NCBI GenBank assembly: GCA_035537775.1
Contig: DATLLQ010000053.1
Location: 19,521-83,520 of the forward strand
DNA length: 64,000 nucleotides
Direction: 5' to 3'
DNA from: Vicinamibacterales bacterium
GTDB taxonomy: Bacteria > Acidobacteriota > Vicinamibacteria > Vicinamibacterales > UBA2999
Made by a program: the position numbers and the translations under genes. The notes under the pieces were generated by a model. It was given only the letters and a program-made list of their open reading frames with translations, was not told the origin of the DNA and made no database searches. Positions 10,460-19,210 of the stretch are shown here, one piece after another. Position 1 is the stretch's first letter. Each line of letters starts with the position of its first letter.

Positions 10460-11118
10460 GGCGCGCTCCCCTGGCGAGGGCTTGGCCGGCGCAGGAGCGC
10501 CAGGCCTGTGGCAACGATGATCCGGAGATCGCGTCCGAGGGTACGGCGTGACAGGTACTCGAGCTCGAGACGCAGCTTTTCCGGCAGGATCCGCGTCCGG
10601 TAGGTGCTTTCCCAGTCAGGGCCGCCGAGCATTCGCTCTTCCTGCCGGTGAAGGATCGTCGCCGGACTGGTGATGCCCGGCTTGGCGTCGAGCACCCGTC
10701 GTTGATCGGCCGAGTAGAACCGGACGTACGCGGGATCTTCGGGACGCGGGCCGACCAGGCTCATGTTTCCCACGAGCGTGTTCAACAGCTGTGGCAGCTC
10801 GTCCAGTTTCGTTCGACGCAGAAAGTGACCGACCCGTGTCACGCGCGGGTCGTCGCGCCGTGTGATCGCCGGACCGCGTTGCGCACCAGCCACCATCGTG
10901 CGGAACTTGTAGAGCGTGAAGACGCGCCCGCCCTGCCCGACGCGACGCGCGCGATACAGCACCGGCCCGCGGGAATCCACCGCAACCGCCAGGGCGATGA
11001 CGACAAGCAGCGGACTGGCAAGAACGAGCGCCGCGAGCGACAGACTAATGTCCAGCAACCGCGTAGCGACGCGTTGCCCTGAACTGCTCCACCACGTTCG
11101 AGACGGCATCGATGACAC
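10447..11118 (-). CDS. Small undecaprenyl-phosphate sugar-phosphotransferase (PglC/WbaP C-terminal domain type)
   Basis: Motifs YRARRVGQGGRVFTLYKFRTM and DELPQLLNTLVGNMSLVGPRP are present. The start is uncertain: ATG 11118 or 11109 would overlap the aminotransferase 3' end by about 65-73 nt. Confidence 0.85.
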   Translation of the reverse strand: MSSMPSRTWWSSSGQRVATRLLDISLSLAALVLASPLLVVIALAVAVDSRGPVLYRARRVGQGGRVFTLYKFRTMVAGAQRGPAITRRDDPRVTRVGHFLRRTKLDELPQLLNTLVGNMSLVGPRPEDPAYVRFYSADQRRVLDAKPGITSPATILHRQEERMLGGPDWESTYRTRILPEKLRLELEYLSRRTLGRDLRIIVATGLALLRRPSPRQGSAPWGI

Positions 11119-12355
11119 TCCTGACGTCGGCGTCGGACATCTTGCTGTAGATGGGAAGCGAGATTTCCCGCTGGTATTCCTGGAAGGCGACGGGCAGGTC
11201 CTCGGGCCGGTAGCCGAAGGCCGCCTCGTAGTACGGATGAATGTGCAGGGGAATGAAGTGAACGCTCGTGCCGATGTGCGCGTCCTTCAGGTACTCGATG
11301 AACTCGTCACGTGAGATCGACAGGCCGGCGTTGAGGCGAAGCGTATACAGATGCCAGGCATGGCCGACGTGTGGCCGCACGGTCGGCGCCTCCAGCTCGT
11401 CGTAACGGCGAAACGCTTCGCTGTACCGCGCGGCGATATCCGCCCGCCGCTGCCGCATCGCATCCACCTTGCGCAATTGCGCCAGGCCGATCGCGGCTGC
11501 GAGATCGGACATGTTGTACTTGTAGCCGGGCGCGATGATCTCGTAGTACCAGCTGCCTGAGGCGGTGTAGCGCTTCCACGCGTCTTTGCTGATGCCATGC
11601 AGGCTCATCATCCGGACGCGCTCCGCACAGTCGTCGGCGTCGGTCGTCATCATGCCGCCCTCACCGGTCGCGAGCGTCTTCGTCGCGTAGAAGGAAAAAC
11701 AGGTCGTCCCCCTCACACCGGGCGTGGCGCTGCCGATCGGCCTCCCCTTGTAGGTCGCGGAACACGCGTGCGCCGCGTCCTCGATGATGGCCAGTTGATG
11801 CGTCCTCGCAAAGGCGGCAAGCGCGTCCGACTCGCACGGGTGCCCGGCGATGTGCACGGGAATCACCGCCTGGATCCGGCCAGGACCTGATACTGGCCGG
11901 CGCCCGGACGTCTTGTCGGTGGCTCTGGCCATCGCCCGCGCGACGGCTGGCATCGAGGGACGCGCTCCGCCGAGGCTGTTCGCGAGATCGTCAAACGTCT
12001 GCACCAGCGCCTGCGGATGCATGTTCAACGTGTCGCGCTCGACGTCGACGAACACCGGTATGGCGTCGAAGTAACGGACGACTTCAGCCGTCGCGGCGAA
12101 GGTGTACGGAGTCGTGAGGACGAAATCTCCAGGCTGCACACCAGTCGCTTCGAGGCTGAGGTGCATGGCCGCGGTACACGAATTCACGGCGACCGCATGC
12201 TTCGCGCCGACGTACGCGGCAAATTCCGCCTCGAACTGTTGAGTCTTCGGGCCGGTGGTGATCCAACCCGATTCGAGAACGCTTTTGACCTCTTCGAGTT
12301 CGGCGTCACCTAGCTCCGGCAACGCGAACGGAAGGAATGTCTGGCGTCGGATCAT
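11045..12355 (-). CDS. DegT/DnrJ/EryC1/StrS-family sugar aminotransferase
   Basis: Motifs VNSCTAAMHL and SFYATKTLATGEGG (PLP-lysine region) are present. The protein is about 40 aa longer than I would expect for this family (see findings). Confidence 0.9.
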   Translation of the reverse strand: MIRRQTFLPFALPELGDAELEEVKSVLESGWITTGPKTQQFEAEFAAYVGAKHAVAVNSCTAAMHLSLEATGVQPGDFVLTTPYTFAATAEVVRYFDAIPVFVDVERDTLNMHPQALVQTFDDLANSLGGARPSMPAVARAMARATDKTSGRRPVSGPGRIQAVIPVHIAGHPCESDALAAFARTHQLAIIEDAAHACSATYKGRPIGSATPGVRGTTCFSFYATKTLATGEGGMMTTDADDCAERVRMMSLHGISKDAWKRYTASGSWYYEIIAPGYKYNMSDLAAAIGLAQLRKVDAMRQRRADIAARYSEAFRRYDELEAPTVRPHVGHAWHLYTLRLNAGLSISRDEFIEYLKDAHIGTSVHFIPLHIHPYYEAAFGYRPEDLPVAFQEYQREISLPIYSKMSDADVRSVIDAVSNVVEQFRATRRYAVAGH

Positions 12356-12768
12356 TGGTCAACCTGCTGTTGCGCCTCATCCAGCTCCATTTCACGGATG
12401 AGCTCGCGAAAGCTGCGCGGGTCTTCGCCAGACAAGAAGCCCGCAACGACAGGCGGTTCCTCCGACGACGTCACAAGAACACGGCGACTCCCGGGTGTGC
12501 GAAACCAGCGGCGGCATTTGCGGCAGTAGTGATCGCCCGTCCCTCGCATCCGCGACCATGCTCGCGCCAGCCGCGACGGCGGTGCCTCGCACGGTGCGAC
12601 GCAACACGGGCATAGCAGCGCCCGGCTACTGCCGGGGTCAAAGTCGCGAATCAGATTCGGTTGCTCGGCATGTTGAGCTTCAAGCTGGCGTGTATCAGTG
12701 ATGACGCGGTTTGCATCAAATCGCGACGCCCGGCTCGCGCGTCGCAGCGCTTCATGAAGGTGTGACAC
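12352..12768 (-). CDS. Hypothetical small protein with a CxxC...CxxC zinc-ribbon-like centre
   Basis: The GTG start and the stop overlap the aminotransferase start (ATGA at 12352-12355). Two cysteine pairs are present: CPCC...C and YCRKCRRW. GC3 is lower than in the neighbours, so coding status is not certain. Confidence 0.45.
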   Translation of the reverse strand: MSHLHEALRRASRASRFDANRVITDTRQLEAQHAEQPNLIRDFDPGSSRALLCPCCVAPCEAPPSRLARAWSRMRGTGDHYCRKCRRWFRTPGSRRVLVTSSEEPPVVAGFLSGEDPRSFRELIREMELDEAQQQVDQ

Positions 12769-12858
12769 GTCCCTACTCTCTCGTTCTCCGGCGCCCGCGA
12801 ATGCACTCAGTCGAGAGTTCGCGACGGTGATCGGCTAGAGCTTCGCCCTCTCAGTTAC

Positions 12859-12894
12859 ATCCGACTGCAGACTTAGGCGAATCCGACTGCAGAC
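12859..12894. promoter_or_regulatory. Perfect 14-bp direct repeat ATCCGACTGCAGAC x2 with 22-bp periodicity, upstream of the glycan operon
   Basis: The copies lie at 12859-12872 and 12881-12894, about 90-125 bp upstream of the first minus-strand ORF, inside a 290-bp lower-GC spacer. Confidence 0.4.
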
Positions 12895-13055
12895 GCGGAG
12901 CTTGCCTACTGCAAACTTTGCGCACATATTCACAGGTGGGCCGTAAGTAATTCTTTTGGCGACGCCGGCGGCCGCCTGTCAATCGATTGCACGGTTGAGA
13001 TGAGAAGCGTCGCGACGGCGACGTGACAGCCTGCTTACCGTTCAGCTGCTGAGGA

Positions 13056-14363
13056 CTACACCGGCACGTTCGACGAAGTGTCGGCGTGCACCGACACTCC
13101 ATGCGTGAACCGGCACTGATAGACGCCGGGAAAGACTTCCGTGTGCTTGGATACCGACGGCAGTTCAAAGAAGTCGAACCCGCCGGCGAACTCCACATAG
13201 TCGATGTTCTCGACCCGGCTCCGTCCCAGCCGCAGGTTCACGCGATAGCGGCCAGGCTTGAGCAGAACATCGTTGAGGCAGAACGTCACCGTGGCTGTCT
13301 GGCCTGCTGTCAGGGACACAAACGTGCCTTGCAAGGCGGTGTTCACGTCGATCAGCCGGGAACCGGTCGAATCGTAGATTTCCACGCCGACGTTTGCCGG
13401 CTTGAATGGCTCTGCGCAAGCGATGGTCGTCCGAACCACCAGTTCACAACCGTAGACGGGGACGTCGAGCGTCTCGCCCCGATCCCCTTTCGCTTCAATG
13501 ACGAGGTCTGTGAACCGTCCCTTGCCGGTGCCGATTCGCGGCAAGTCGGCCAGCGCCACACCGGAGTCGACACTGATGCTGGACTGGCGCTGATACTGAG
13601 CCACGGCGGAGCCGACGTCGCCTTCGAAGGCAATCCGCCCCTCCTGCATGATGATGGCGCGGCTGCACAAGGCGGTGACCGCGGACATCGAGTGACTCAC
13701 GAACAGGATCGTCCTGCCGTTCCGCGAGGCATCGCCCATCTTGCCGAGGCATTTCCGCTGAAACTGCGCGTCACCGACGGCAAGCACCTCGTCGACGATC
13801 AGAATCTCGGGGTCGAGATGCGCGGCGATGGCAAACGCCAGGCGGACGTACATACCGGACGAATAGCGCTTGACCGGGGTGTCGATGAACGCTTCGCACT
13901 CCGAGAAATCCACGATCTCATCAAACTTCGCCCGGATCTCCCGGGTTGTCATGCCGAGAATCGCACCGTTCAGGAGGATGTTTTCACGTCCGCTCAGATC
14001 CGGATGGAATCCCGTGCCGACCTCCAGCAGACTCGCCACGCGGCCCCGAATGCGAATGCGGCCTGACGTCGGCGACGTCACCTGGGAGATCAGCTTCAGC
14101 AGCGTGCTCTTTCCAGCCCCGTTCCGTCCGATCAGCCCGAGCACGTCGCCGTCGCGAATCTGCAGCGTGACATCTTTCACGGCCCAGAATTCGCCCTCAG
14201 CCGGACGCCGATTCGACTTCAGTTTCAGCGGACTGTTGGGATCTTCACGACCGCGCAGTCGCGCCCAGCGACGCGCCAGCTCCTCGTTGAGCGAACTGGC
14301 ACCGATGGCACCCAACTGATACTTCTTGCTGACGTTCTCAATCGATACGACGGTGTTCGGCAT
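13056..14363 (-). CDS. Glycan-export ABC transporter ATP-binding protein (Wzt/TagH-like) with a C-terminal extension
   Basis: Walker A (GRNGAGKSTLLK), the signature region (YSSGMYVRLAF) and Walker B (ILIVDE) are present. An extra C-terminal domain of about 170 aa has the size and position of the Wzt carbohydrate-binding domain. Confidence 0.9.
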   Translation of the reverse strand: MPNTVVSIENVSKKYQLGAIGASSLNEELARRWARLRGREDPNSPLKLKSNRRPAEGEFWAVKDVTLQIRDGDVLGLIGRNGAGKSTLLKLISQVTSPTSGRIRIRGRVASLLEVGTGFHPDLSGRENILLNGAILGMTTREIRAKFDEIVDFSECEAFIDTPVKRYSSGMYVRLAFAIAAHLDPEILIVDEVLAVGDAQFQRKCLGKMGDASRNGRTILFVSHSMSAVTALCSRAIIMQEGRIAFEGDVGSAVAQYQRQSSISVDSGVALADLPRIGTGKGRFTDLVIEAKGDRGETLDVPVYGCELVVRTTIACAEPFKPANVGVEIYDSTGSRLIDVNTALQGTFVSLTAGQTATVTFCLNDVLLKPGRYRVNLRLGRSRVENIDYVEFAGGFDFFELPSVSKHTEVFPGVYQCRFTHGVSVHADTSSNVPV

Positions 14364-14373
14364 CGATCCGCGC

Positions 14374-15219
14374 TCAGACAGAATCCATGAAATTGCGCTC
14401 GGCGCGTGTGAACAGCTCGAGGCCGACCAATACCAGTCCGACCATGAGGATGCCGCTCAACACCAGATCCTGGGCGTCGACGACGCCGACGCCGAGAAAT
14501 GCCCGGCGCAGGCCTTCGAACACGGGAGTCAGCGGATTGAGACGCGACACCCATGTCAGCGACGACGGAACCGACGACAACGGGTAGATGACGGGTGTCA
14601 GATACATCATCAACTGCAAGCCAAACGCGACGGCGTGCCGAAGATCGCGATACTTGCTAGTCATTGCACAGACGATGATGCCTCCAGCGAGTCCGTATCC
14701 GGCGAGGATGGCCAGCATCAGCGGGGCGGCGGCGACCCAGGCAGTGAAATGGACGTCCGCACCGGACAGCCGATAGAACGCGAGCGTCGCCAGGAACAGC
14801 AACAGTTGAATGCTGAACGCAATCGCGCAGGACGCCACCGCCGCCAACGGAATCACCAGCCGGTGGAAATAGACTTTCCCCAGGATCGATGCGTTCGTGA
14901 TGAATGTCTTGGACGTGTTGTCGAGGCAATTCGCGAAGTACGCCCACGCGATCGTCCCCAGCATGTAGAACAACACCGGCGGAATGCCATCCGTCGACAG
15001 CTGGGCGATGCGGCCGAACACGACCGTGAAGACCAGCGTCGTCGACAGAGGTTGCAGGATGTGCCAGGCGGGTCCGAGAATGGTCTGCTTGTAGACCGCG
15101 ACAAAATCCCGCCAGACGAACAGCGCGATCAGCTCGCGATACCGCCACAGCTGGCGCAACCGCCAGTTGAACCAGCCGCCGCTCGGTTCGATAACCGTCT
15201 CGAATGGGCGCGTCGTCAC
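14374..15219 (-). CDS. ABC-2 type glycan-export permease (Wzm/TagG-like)
   Basis: The N-terminus WRLRQLWRYRELIALFVWRDFVAVYKQTILGPAWHILQPL is followed by about 6 TM helices. The gene lies directly upstream of the ATPase. Confidence 0.9.
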   Translation of the reverse strand: MTTRPFETVIEPSGGWFNWRLRQLWRYRELIALFVWRDFVAVYKQTILGPAWHILQPLSTTLVFTVVFGRIAQLSTDGIPPVLFYMLGTIAWAYFANCLDNTSKTFITNASILGKVYFHRLVIPLAAVASCAIAFSIQLLLFLATLAFYRLSGADVHFTAWVAAAPLMLAILAGYGLAGGIIVCAMTSKYRDLRHAVAFGLQLMMYLTPVIYPLSSVPSSLTWVSRLNPLTPVFEGLRRAFLGVGVVDAQDLVLSGILMVGLVLVGLELFTRAERNFMDSV

Positions 15220-15326
15220 GATTGGCGTTTTAACTGTACGCGCAAAGCACGAAAGGCCACCTCAGCTGCTCGTCACAGGCGCATGGGGGCTCGCCCGACC
15301 AGCTGGACCGCGGCGGCCCGGAGGGA

Positions 15327-16214
15327 CTACTTCCAGCCGCCGTTGCGTTTGTCGAACGGCAGGATCCGCATGAACGCTTCCACGGCGTGGATCTGTCCGT
15401 CGTAGACCTTGAACGTCTCCCACACCGTCAGCTGATCGCCGCCCTCCTTCTGTACGCCCCAGGCCATGCGCAGCCAGACAATGCCCATGCGTTCGTCCAC
15501 GGCGATCACCCGTGTCTCCGGGTCGCCGAGGCGCTCGAAGATCGCGAGCGACTGGGTCGAGATGTTCTGACAGCCTGCGGCGAACTTGCAGTCCGGCCCG
15601 GCCATCACCTGGCCGTTCTCGAAGCGGTAGGCGTTGGGCGCGAAGGGTGCCTTGACGTCAGCAAAGGTTTTTGCCGCACTCAGTCCTTCCGGGTATTTCA
15701 TTGCCGCTTTGATCGCGTCGTCGCGGGAGGCGAGCTGTTCGGGACGCGGCGCGTAGTTCGTCACTTCGCTCGGCGCGGTCAAGCCGTCGATGTTGAAGAT
15801 GAGCCCTTCTTTGGCGTTGCGCGTGGCGACGAGCTCGACCTCGGTAAGCCTGTCGGCCACTACCTTCAGCCGGACCACCAGCATCACGGGCGCGCCGCTC
15901 TCCTCCGCCACGACATGGGTGCCCGCGACGCCGGCGCGCTCGTCGATGATGTCCTGGCGGAAGCCGCGCAGGCGCGTCACCGTCTTGACCAGGCCGACCT
16001 GCGCGAGCGGCTTCTCGACGGCGTCCTCGGTCACGCGCAACGTGGGGGCGACGGGCAGTCCGCTCACGTCGTGCTTCACGAGGGCATACAACAGCTGCGT
16101 CACCTTGCCGCGGAGGCACTCGCGGTCGCAGGTGGCGGCGGCCCTCTGCGCGGCGTTTGCGTCAGCAGCCCAGGCAGAAGCAATCAGTAACAGTGCGACG
16201 ATCGTCCGGCTCAT
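15327..16214 (-). CDS. Secreted hypothetical protein (possible tandem NTF2/SnoaL-like halves)
   Basis: From ORF 15327..16286, with the start moved to MSRTIVALLLIASAWAADA (ATG 16212-16214), which is preceded by GAGGTG. A signal peptide is present. The fold guess is weak. Confidence 0.6.
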   Translation of the reverse strand: MSRTIVALLLIASAWAADANAAQRAAATCDRECLRGKVTQLLYALVKHDVSGLPVAPTLRVTEDAVEKPLAQVGLVKTVTRLRGFRQDIIDERAGVAGTHVVAEESGAPVMLVVRLKVVADRLTEVELVATRNAKEGLIFNIDGLTAPSEVTNYAPRPEQLASRDDAIKAAMKYPEGLSAAKTFADVKAPFAPNAYRFENGQVMAGPDCKFAAGCQNISTQSLAIFERLGDPETRVIAVDERMGIVWLRMAWGVQKEGGDQLTVWETFKVYDGQIHAVEAFMRILPFDKRNGGWK

Positions 16215-16312
16215 GTCAGTCACCTCTGTAAGCCAATCCCGGCGCGGATTGTAACGCCGTTGCCCCAGCCGAGCAGGAACGGCCATACAATCCCCCCGAG
16301 GGAGGCTCAGAC

Positions 16313-17329
16313 GTGAAGTGTCCCCTTCGTATCTATGTCGCCGTCGTGCTCGCGTTCATCGGAGCCGCATCGGCTGCGCCCATCGCCGATCAGACGGCAC
16401 CAGGTGCGCCGGCGAGCTCCGTGGCGTCGAAGAGATGGAATCCGCCACGCACTCCCTGGGGTGACCCGGATCTATCAGGCATCTATTCGAACAGCGACGA
16501 GGACGGCATCCCGTTCGAGAGACCAGCTCGATTCGAAGGCCGCCGCCTCGAGGACATCACTCCCCGCGAGCTCGACGACCTGCGCGCTGAACGGAAAAAG
16601 GCCACCGCGGCCAGCTCGGTGGCCGTGGACAGGCCCGTCGATCGCGAGGTCTTCTGGGAAAACCTCAATGCGATGAACAGCCGTGCCTGGCTCGTCGTTG
16701 ATCCGCCTGATGGAAAGATCCCGGCGACGACCCCGCAGGCCCAGCAACGAGCCGCAGCCCGGACCGAGGCACGCCGCCGAAGCGGCCGCGGCCCCGCCGA
16801 CTCCGCGGCCGACAGGAGCTTGTACGACCGGTGCATTTCGCGTGGATTGCCGGGGTCGATGATGCCGGCCATCTACGGCAGCTCGTACGAGATCGTGCAG
16901 GCGCCGAACGCTGTCGCGATCGTCTATGAGATGGTTCACGAGACTCGCGTGATTCCACTCGACGGAGCCGCCCACGCCGGAACGGCGATCCGTACCTACA
17001 TGGGCGATCCTCGAGGCCGCTGGGACGGCGACACCCTCGTCGTCGAGACGACCAACTTCAAAGAGGAGATCGCCTACCGGAACGCCACCAGCACGCTGAA
17101 GCTCATCGAACGGTTCAAGCCGATCGCCGATGGCCTGGAGTGGTCGGTCACGGTCGACGATCCCGCCACGTGGACACGTCCCTGGACCTTCGCCATGGTG
17201 CTGACGAAGAAGGGCGCGTCGCAACGGCCATTCGAATACGCGTGTCATGAGGGTAATTACGGCCTGCGGAATATCCTCAGCGCAGCTCGCGCAGAGGAGG
17301 CAGCTCAGGCGAGGAGCAAGACGAAGTAG
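16313..17329 (+). CDS. Secreted hypothetical protein
   Basis: GTG start and signal peptide MKCPLRIYVAVVLAFIGAASA. The motifs WGDPDLSGIY and FEYACHEGNYGLRNIL are present. The stop (17327-17329) abuts the ATG of the PQQ enzyme. Confidence 0.7.
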   Translation: MKCPLRIYVAVVLAFIGAASAAPIADQTAPGAPASSVASKRWNPPRTPWGDPDLSGIYSNSDEDGIPFERPARFEGRRLEDITPRELDDLRAERKKATAASSVAVDRPVDREVFWENLNAMNSRAWLVVDPPDGKIPATTPQAQQRAAARTEARRRSGRGPADSAADRSLYDRCISRGLPGSMMPAIYGSSYEIVQAPNAVAIVYEMVHETRVIPLDGAAHAGTAIRTYMGDPRGRWDGDTLVVETTNFKEEIAYRNATSTLKLIERFKPIADGLEWSVTVDDPATWTRPWTFAMVLTKKGASQRPFEYACHEGNYGLRNILSAARAEEAAQARSKTK

Positions 17330-19192
17330 ATGCGCGCACGTCTGTTGATCGCCGCCTCTCTGCTCGTGGCAGGCGTCTCCTTTTCTACTGTCGCCCAGCA
17401 GCCTCGAACGGCTCCGGCAGGAAACGCTGGAACCGCGGGAGATGCCGACTGGCCCCTGTACCGCCGCGACCAGGCGGGCACCGGGTATTCGCCGCTGAAA
17501 CTGATCACGCTCCAGAACGTTGCGAATCTCGCTCCGTCATGGACGTTTCGCATCCAGAGCACTGCCGCCGGTGCAAACGTCAATTCCCAGGCGACGCCGA
17601 TCGTCATCGGCGGCGTGATGTATTTCCCCGGCCGCGACCGCGTCATGGCGCTGGAGGCGGACACGGGCAAGGAGATCTGGCAGACGCCGGTCACGGGGGG
17701 CGCGCCCTCCAGGCGCGGCGTTGCCTACTGGCCCGGCGAGGGCACCACACCGCCGCGCATCTTCTTCATGGCCGGGCGCCGTTTGATCGCCCTCGACGCC
17801 AGGACCGGCGCGACGGTATCCGCCTTCGGACGAAGCGGAGAAGTTGATATCGGCGTCCCCTACAACTCGGTCCCCGGCATCTTCAGACACGTGGTCGTCG
17901 TCGGCGCCAACACACCGCCGGGAGCGATCGGCGGCATCGGCAATGCCCGCGCGTTCGATGCGCGCACAGGCGCGAAGCTGTGGGAGTTCAGCTCGGTGCC
18001 GCAGCCTGGAAGCCCGGGGCACGACACGTGGGACGGTGACAGCTGGAAGGGCCGGCTTGGTGCCAATGCCTGGCCGTTCTACTTCACCATCGACGAGCAG
18101 CGCGGTGTGATCTACCTCCCGCTCGCGTCGCCGATTCCGGCCGCCTTCGGCGGCGACCGCAAGGGCGCGAATCTGTTCGGGAACTCAGTCGTCGCGGTGG
18201 ACGTTCTCACCGGGCAGTACAAATGGCATTTCCAGACGATCCATCACGACCTGTGGGATCACGACCCGCCGGCTCCACCCGGATTGTTCGACGTCGTGCA
18301 GAACGGACGCAGGACTCCCGCGCTTGGCGTGACGACGAAGTCGGGCTACCTCTACATCCTGAACCGTGAGACCGGCCGGCCGATTTTCGGGGTCGAAGAG
18401 CGTCCGGTGCCGAAGAGCGACGTGCCTGGCGAGCTGGCGTTTCCAACGCAGCCGATCCCGGTCAAGCCGCCGGCGCTGGCGCGCGTGTCGTACAGCGCCG
18501 CGGATCTCGTGACCGCGGCCGACACCACCGCCGAGCACGCACAGGCGTGTGCGGACCTGATCGCAAAGATCGGCGGCGTCTCCAACGACGGACCGTTTAC
18601 GCCGTGGCGATACAGAGCGGAGGGCGGACCGCCGGCCGTGACGCTCGGGTTCCCCGGTACGCTGGGCGGTGCAAACTGGGGCGGCACTGCGTTCGATCCC
18701 GACTCGCGATTCCTCTTCGTGGTCACGCAGGACGTCGGGGCACTCGGATCCGTGGAAAAGGCGCGAGAAGGATCGCCCGTTCCCTACGACAAGACCACTC
18801 CAGGACGAGCCACGTTCGATGTCAGGATCGGCGACGCCAACTGGCCGTGTCAGAAGCCACCGTGGGGTCGTCTGACGGCGGTCAACACATCGACGGGAGA
18901 CGTCGCCTGGCAGATTCCGCTGGGAATCACCGAGCAGCTTCCCGCCGGCAAGCAGAACACCGGCCGGCCCGCCCTGGCCGGCCCCATCGTGACGGCGAGC
19001 GGACTGCTCTTCGTCGCCTCGACCGAGGACAACCGCTTCCGCGCGCTGGACGTGAAGACCGGAAGAGAGCTGTGGGTCACGAGGATGGAGCGGCGAGGGA
19101 ACGCTGACCCAATCACCTATCTGGGCAGGAACGGCAAGCAGTACGTTGCCGTGATGGCCACCGATACGCTGATGGTCTACTCGCTGCCGTGA
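17330..19192 (+). CDS. PQQ-dependent dehydrogenase (quinoprotein, 8-bladed beta-propeller family)
   Basis: A signal peptide is followed by DWPLYRRDQAGTGYSPL and repeated W-containing propeller blades. The length of about 620 aa is typical of glucose/alcohol quinoprotein dehydrogenases. Confidence 0.85.
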   Translation: MRARLLIAASLLVAGVSFSTVAQQPRTAPAGNAGTAGDADWPLYRRDQAGTGYSPLKLITLQNVANLAPSWTFRIQSTAAGANVNSQATPIVIGGVMYFPGRDRVMALEADTGKEIWQTPVTGGAPSRRGVAYWPGEGTTPPRIFFMAGRRLIALDARTGATVSAFGRSGEVDIGVPYNSVPGIFRHVVVVGANTPPGAIGGIGNARAFDARTGAKLWEFSSVPQPGSPGHDTWDGDSWKGRLGANAWPFYFTIDEQRGVIYLPLASPIPAAFGGDRKGANLFGNSVVAVDVLTGQYKWHFQTIHHDLWDHDPPAPPGLFDVVQNGRRTPALGVTTKSGYLYILNRETGRPIFGVEERPVPKSDVPGELAFPTQPIPVKPPALARVSYSAADLVTAADTTAEHAQACADLIAKIGGVSNDGPFTPWRYRAEGGPPAVTLGFPGTLGGANWGGTAFDPDSRFLFVVTQDVGALGSVEKAREGSPVPYDKTTPGRATFDVRIGDANWPCQKPPWGRLTAVNTSTGDVAWQIPLGITEQLPAGKQNTGRPALAGPIVTASGLLFVASTEDNRFRALDVKTGRELWVTRMERRGNADPITYLGRNGKQYVAVMATDTLMVYSLP

Positions 19193-19210
19193 TCGGGCGG
19201 GTGACTCCTT

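Noticed and set aside
13008-13023. The hairpin CGTCGC-gacg-GCGACG after the Wzt-like gene, as a possible terminator
   Set aside because: The stem is short and no U-run follows on the transcribed strand, so it was not reported as a terminator.
14326-15405. A 359-aa plus-strand ORF
   Set aside because: It is antisense to the Wzm-like permease. The product is hydrophilic and Arg/Gln/Asp-rich with no motifs.
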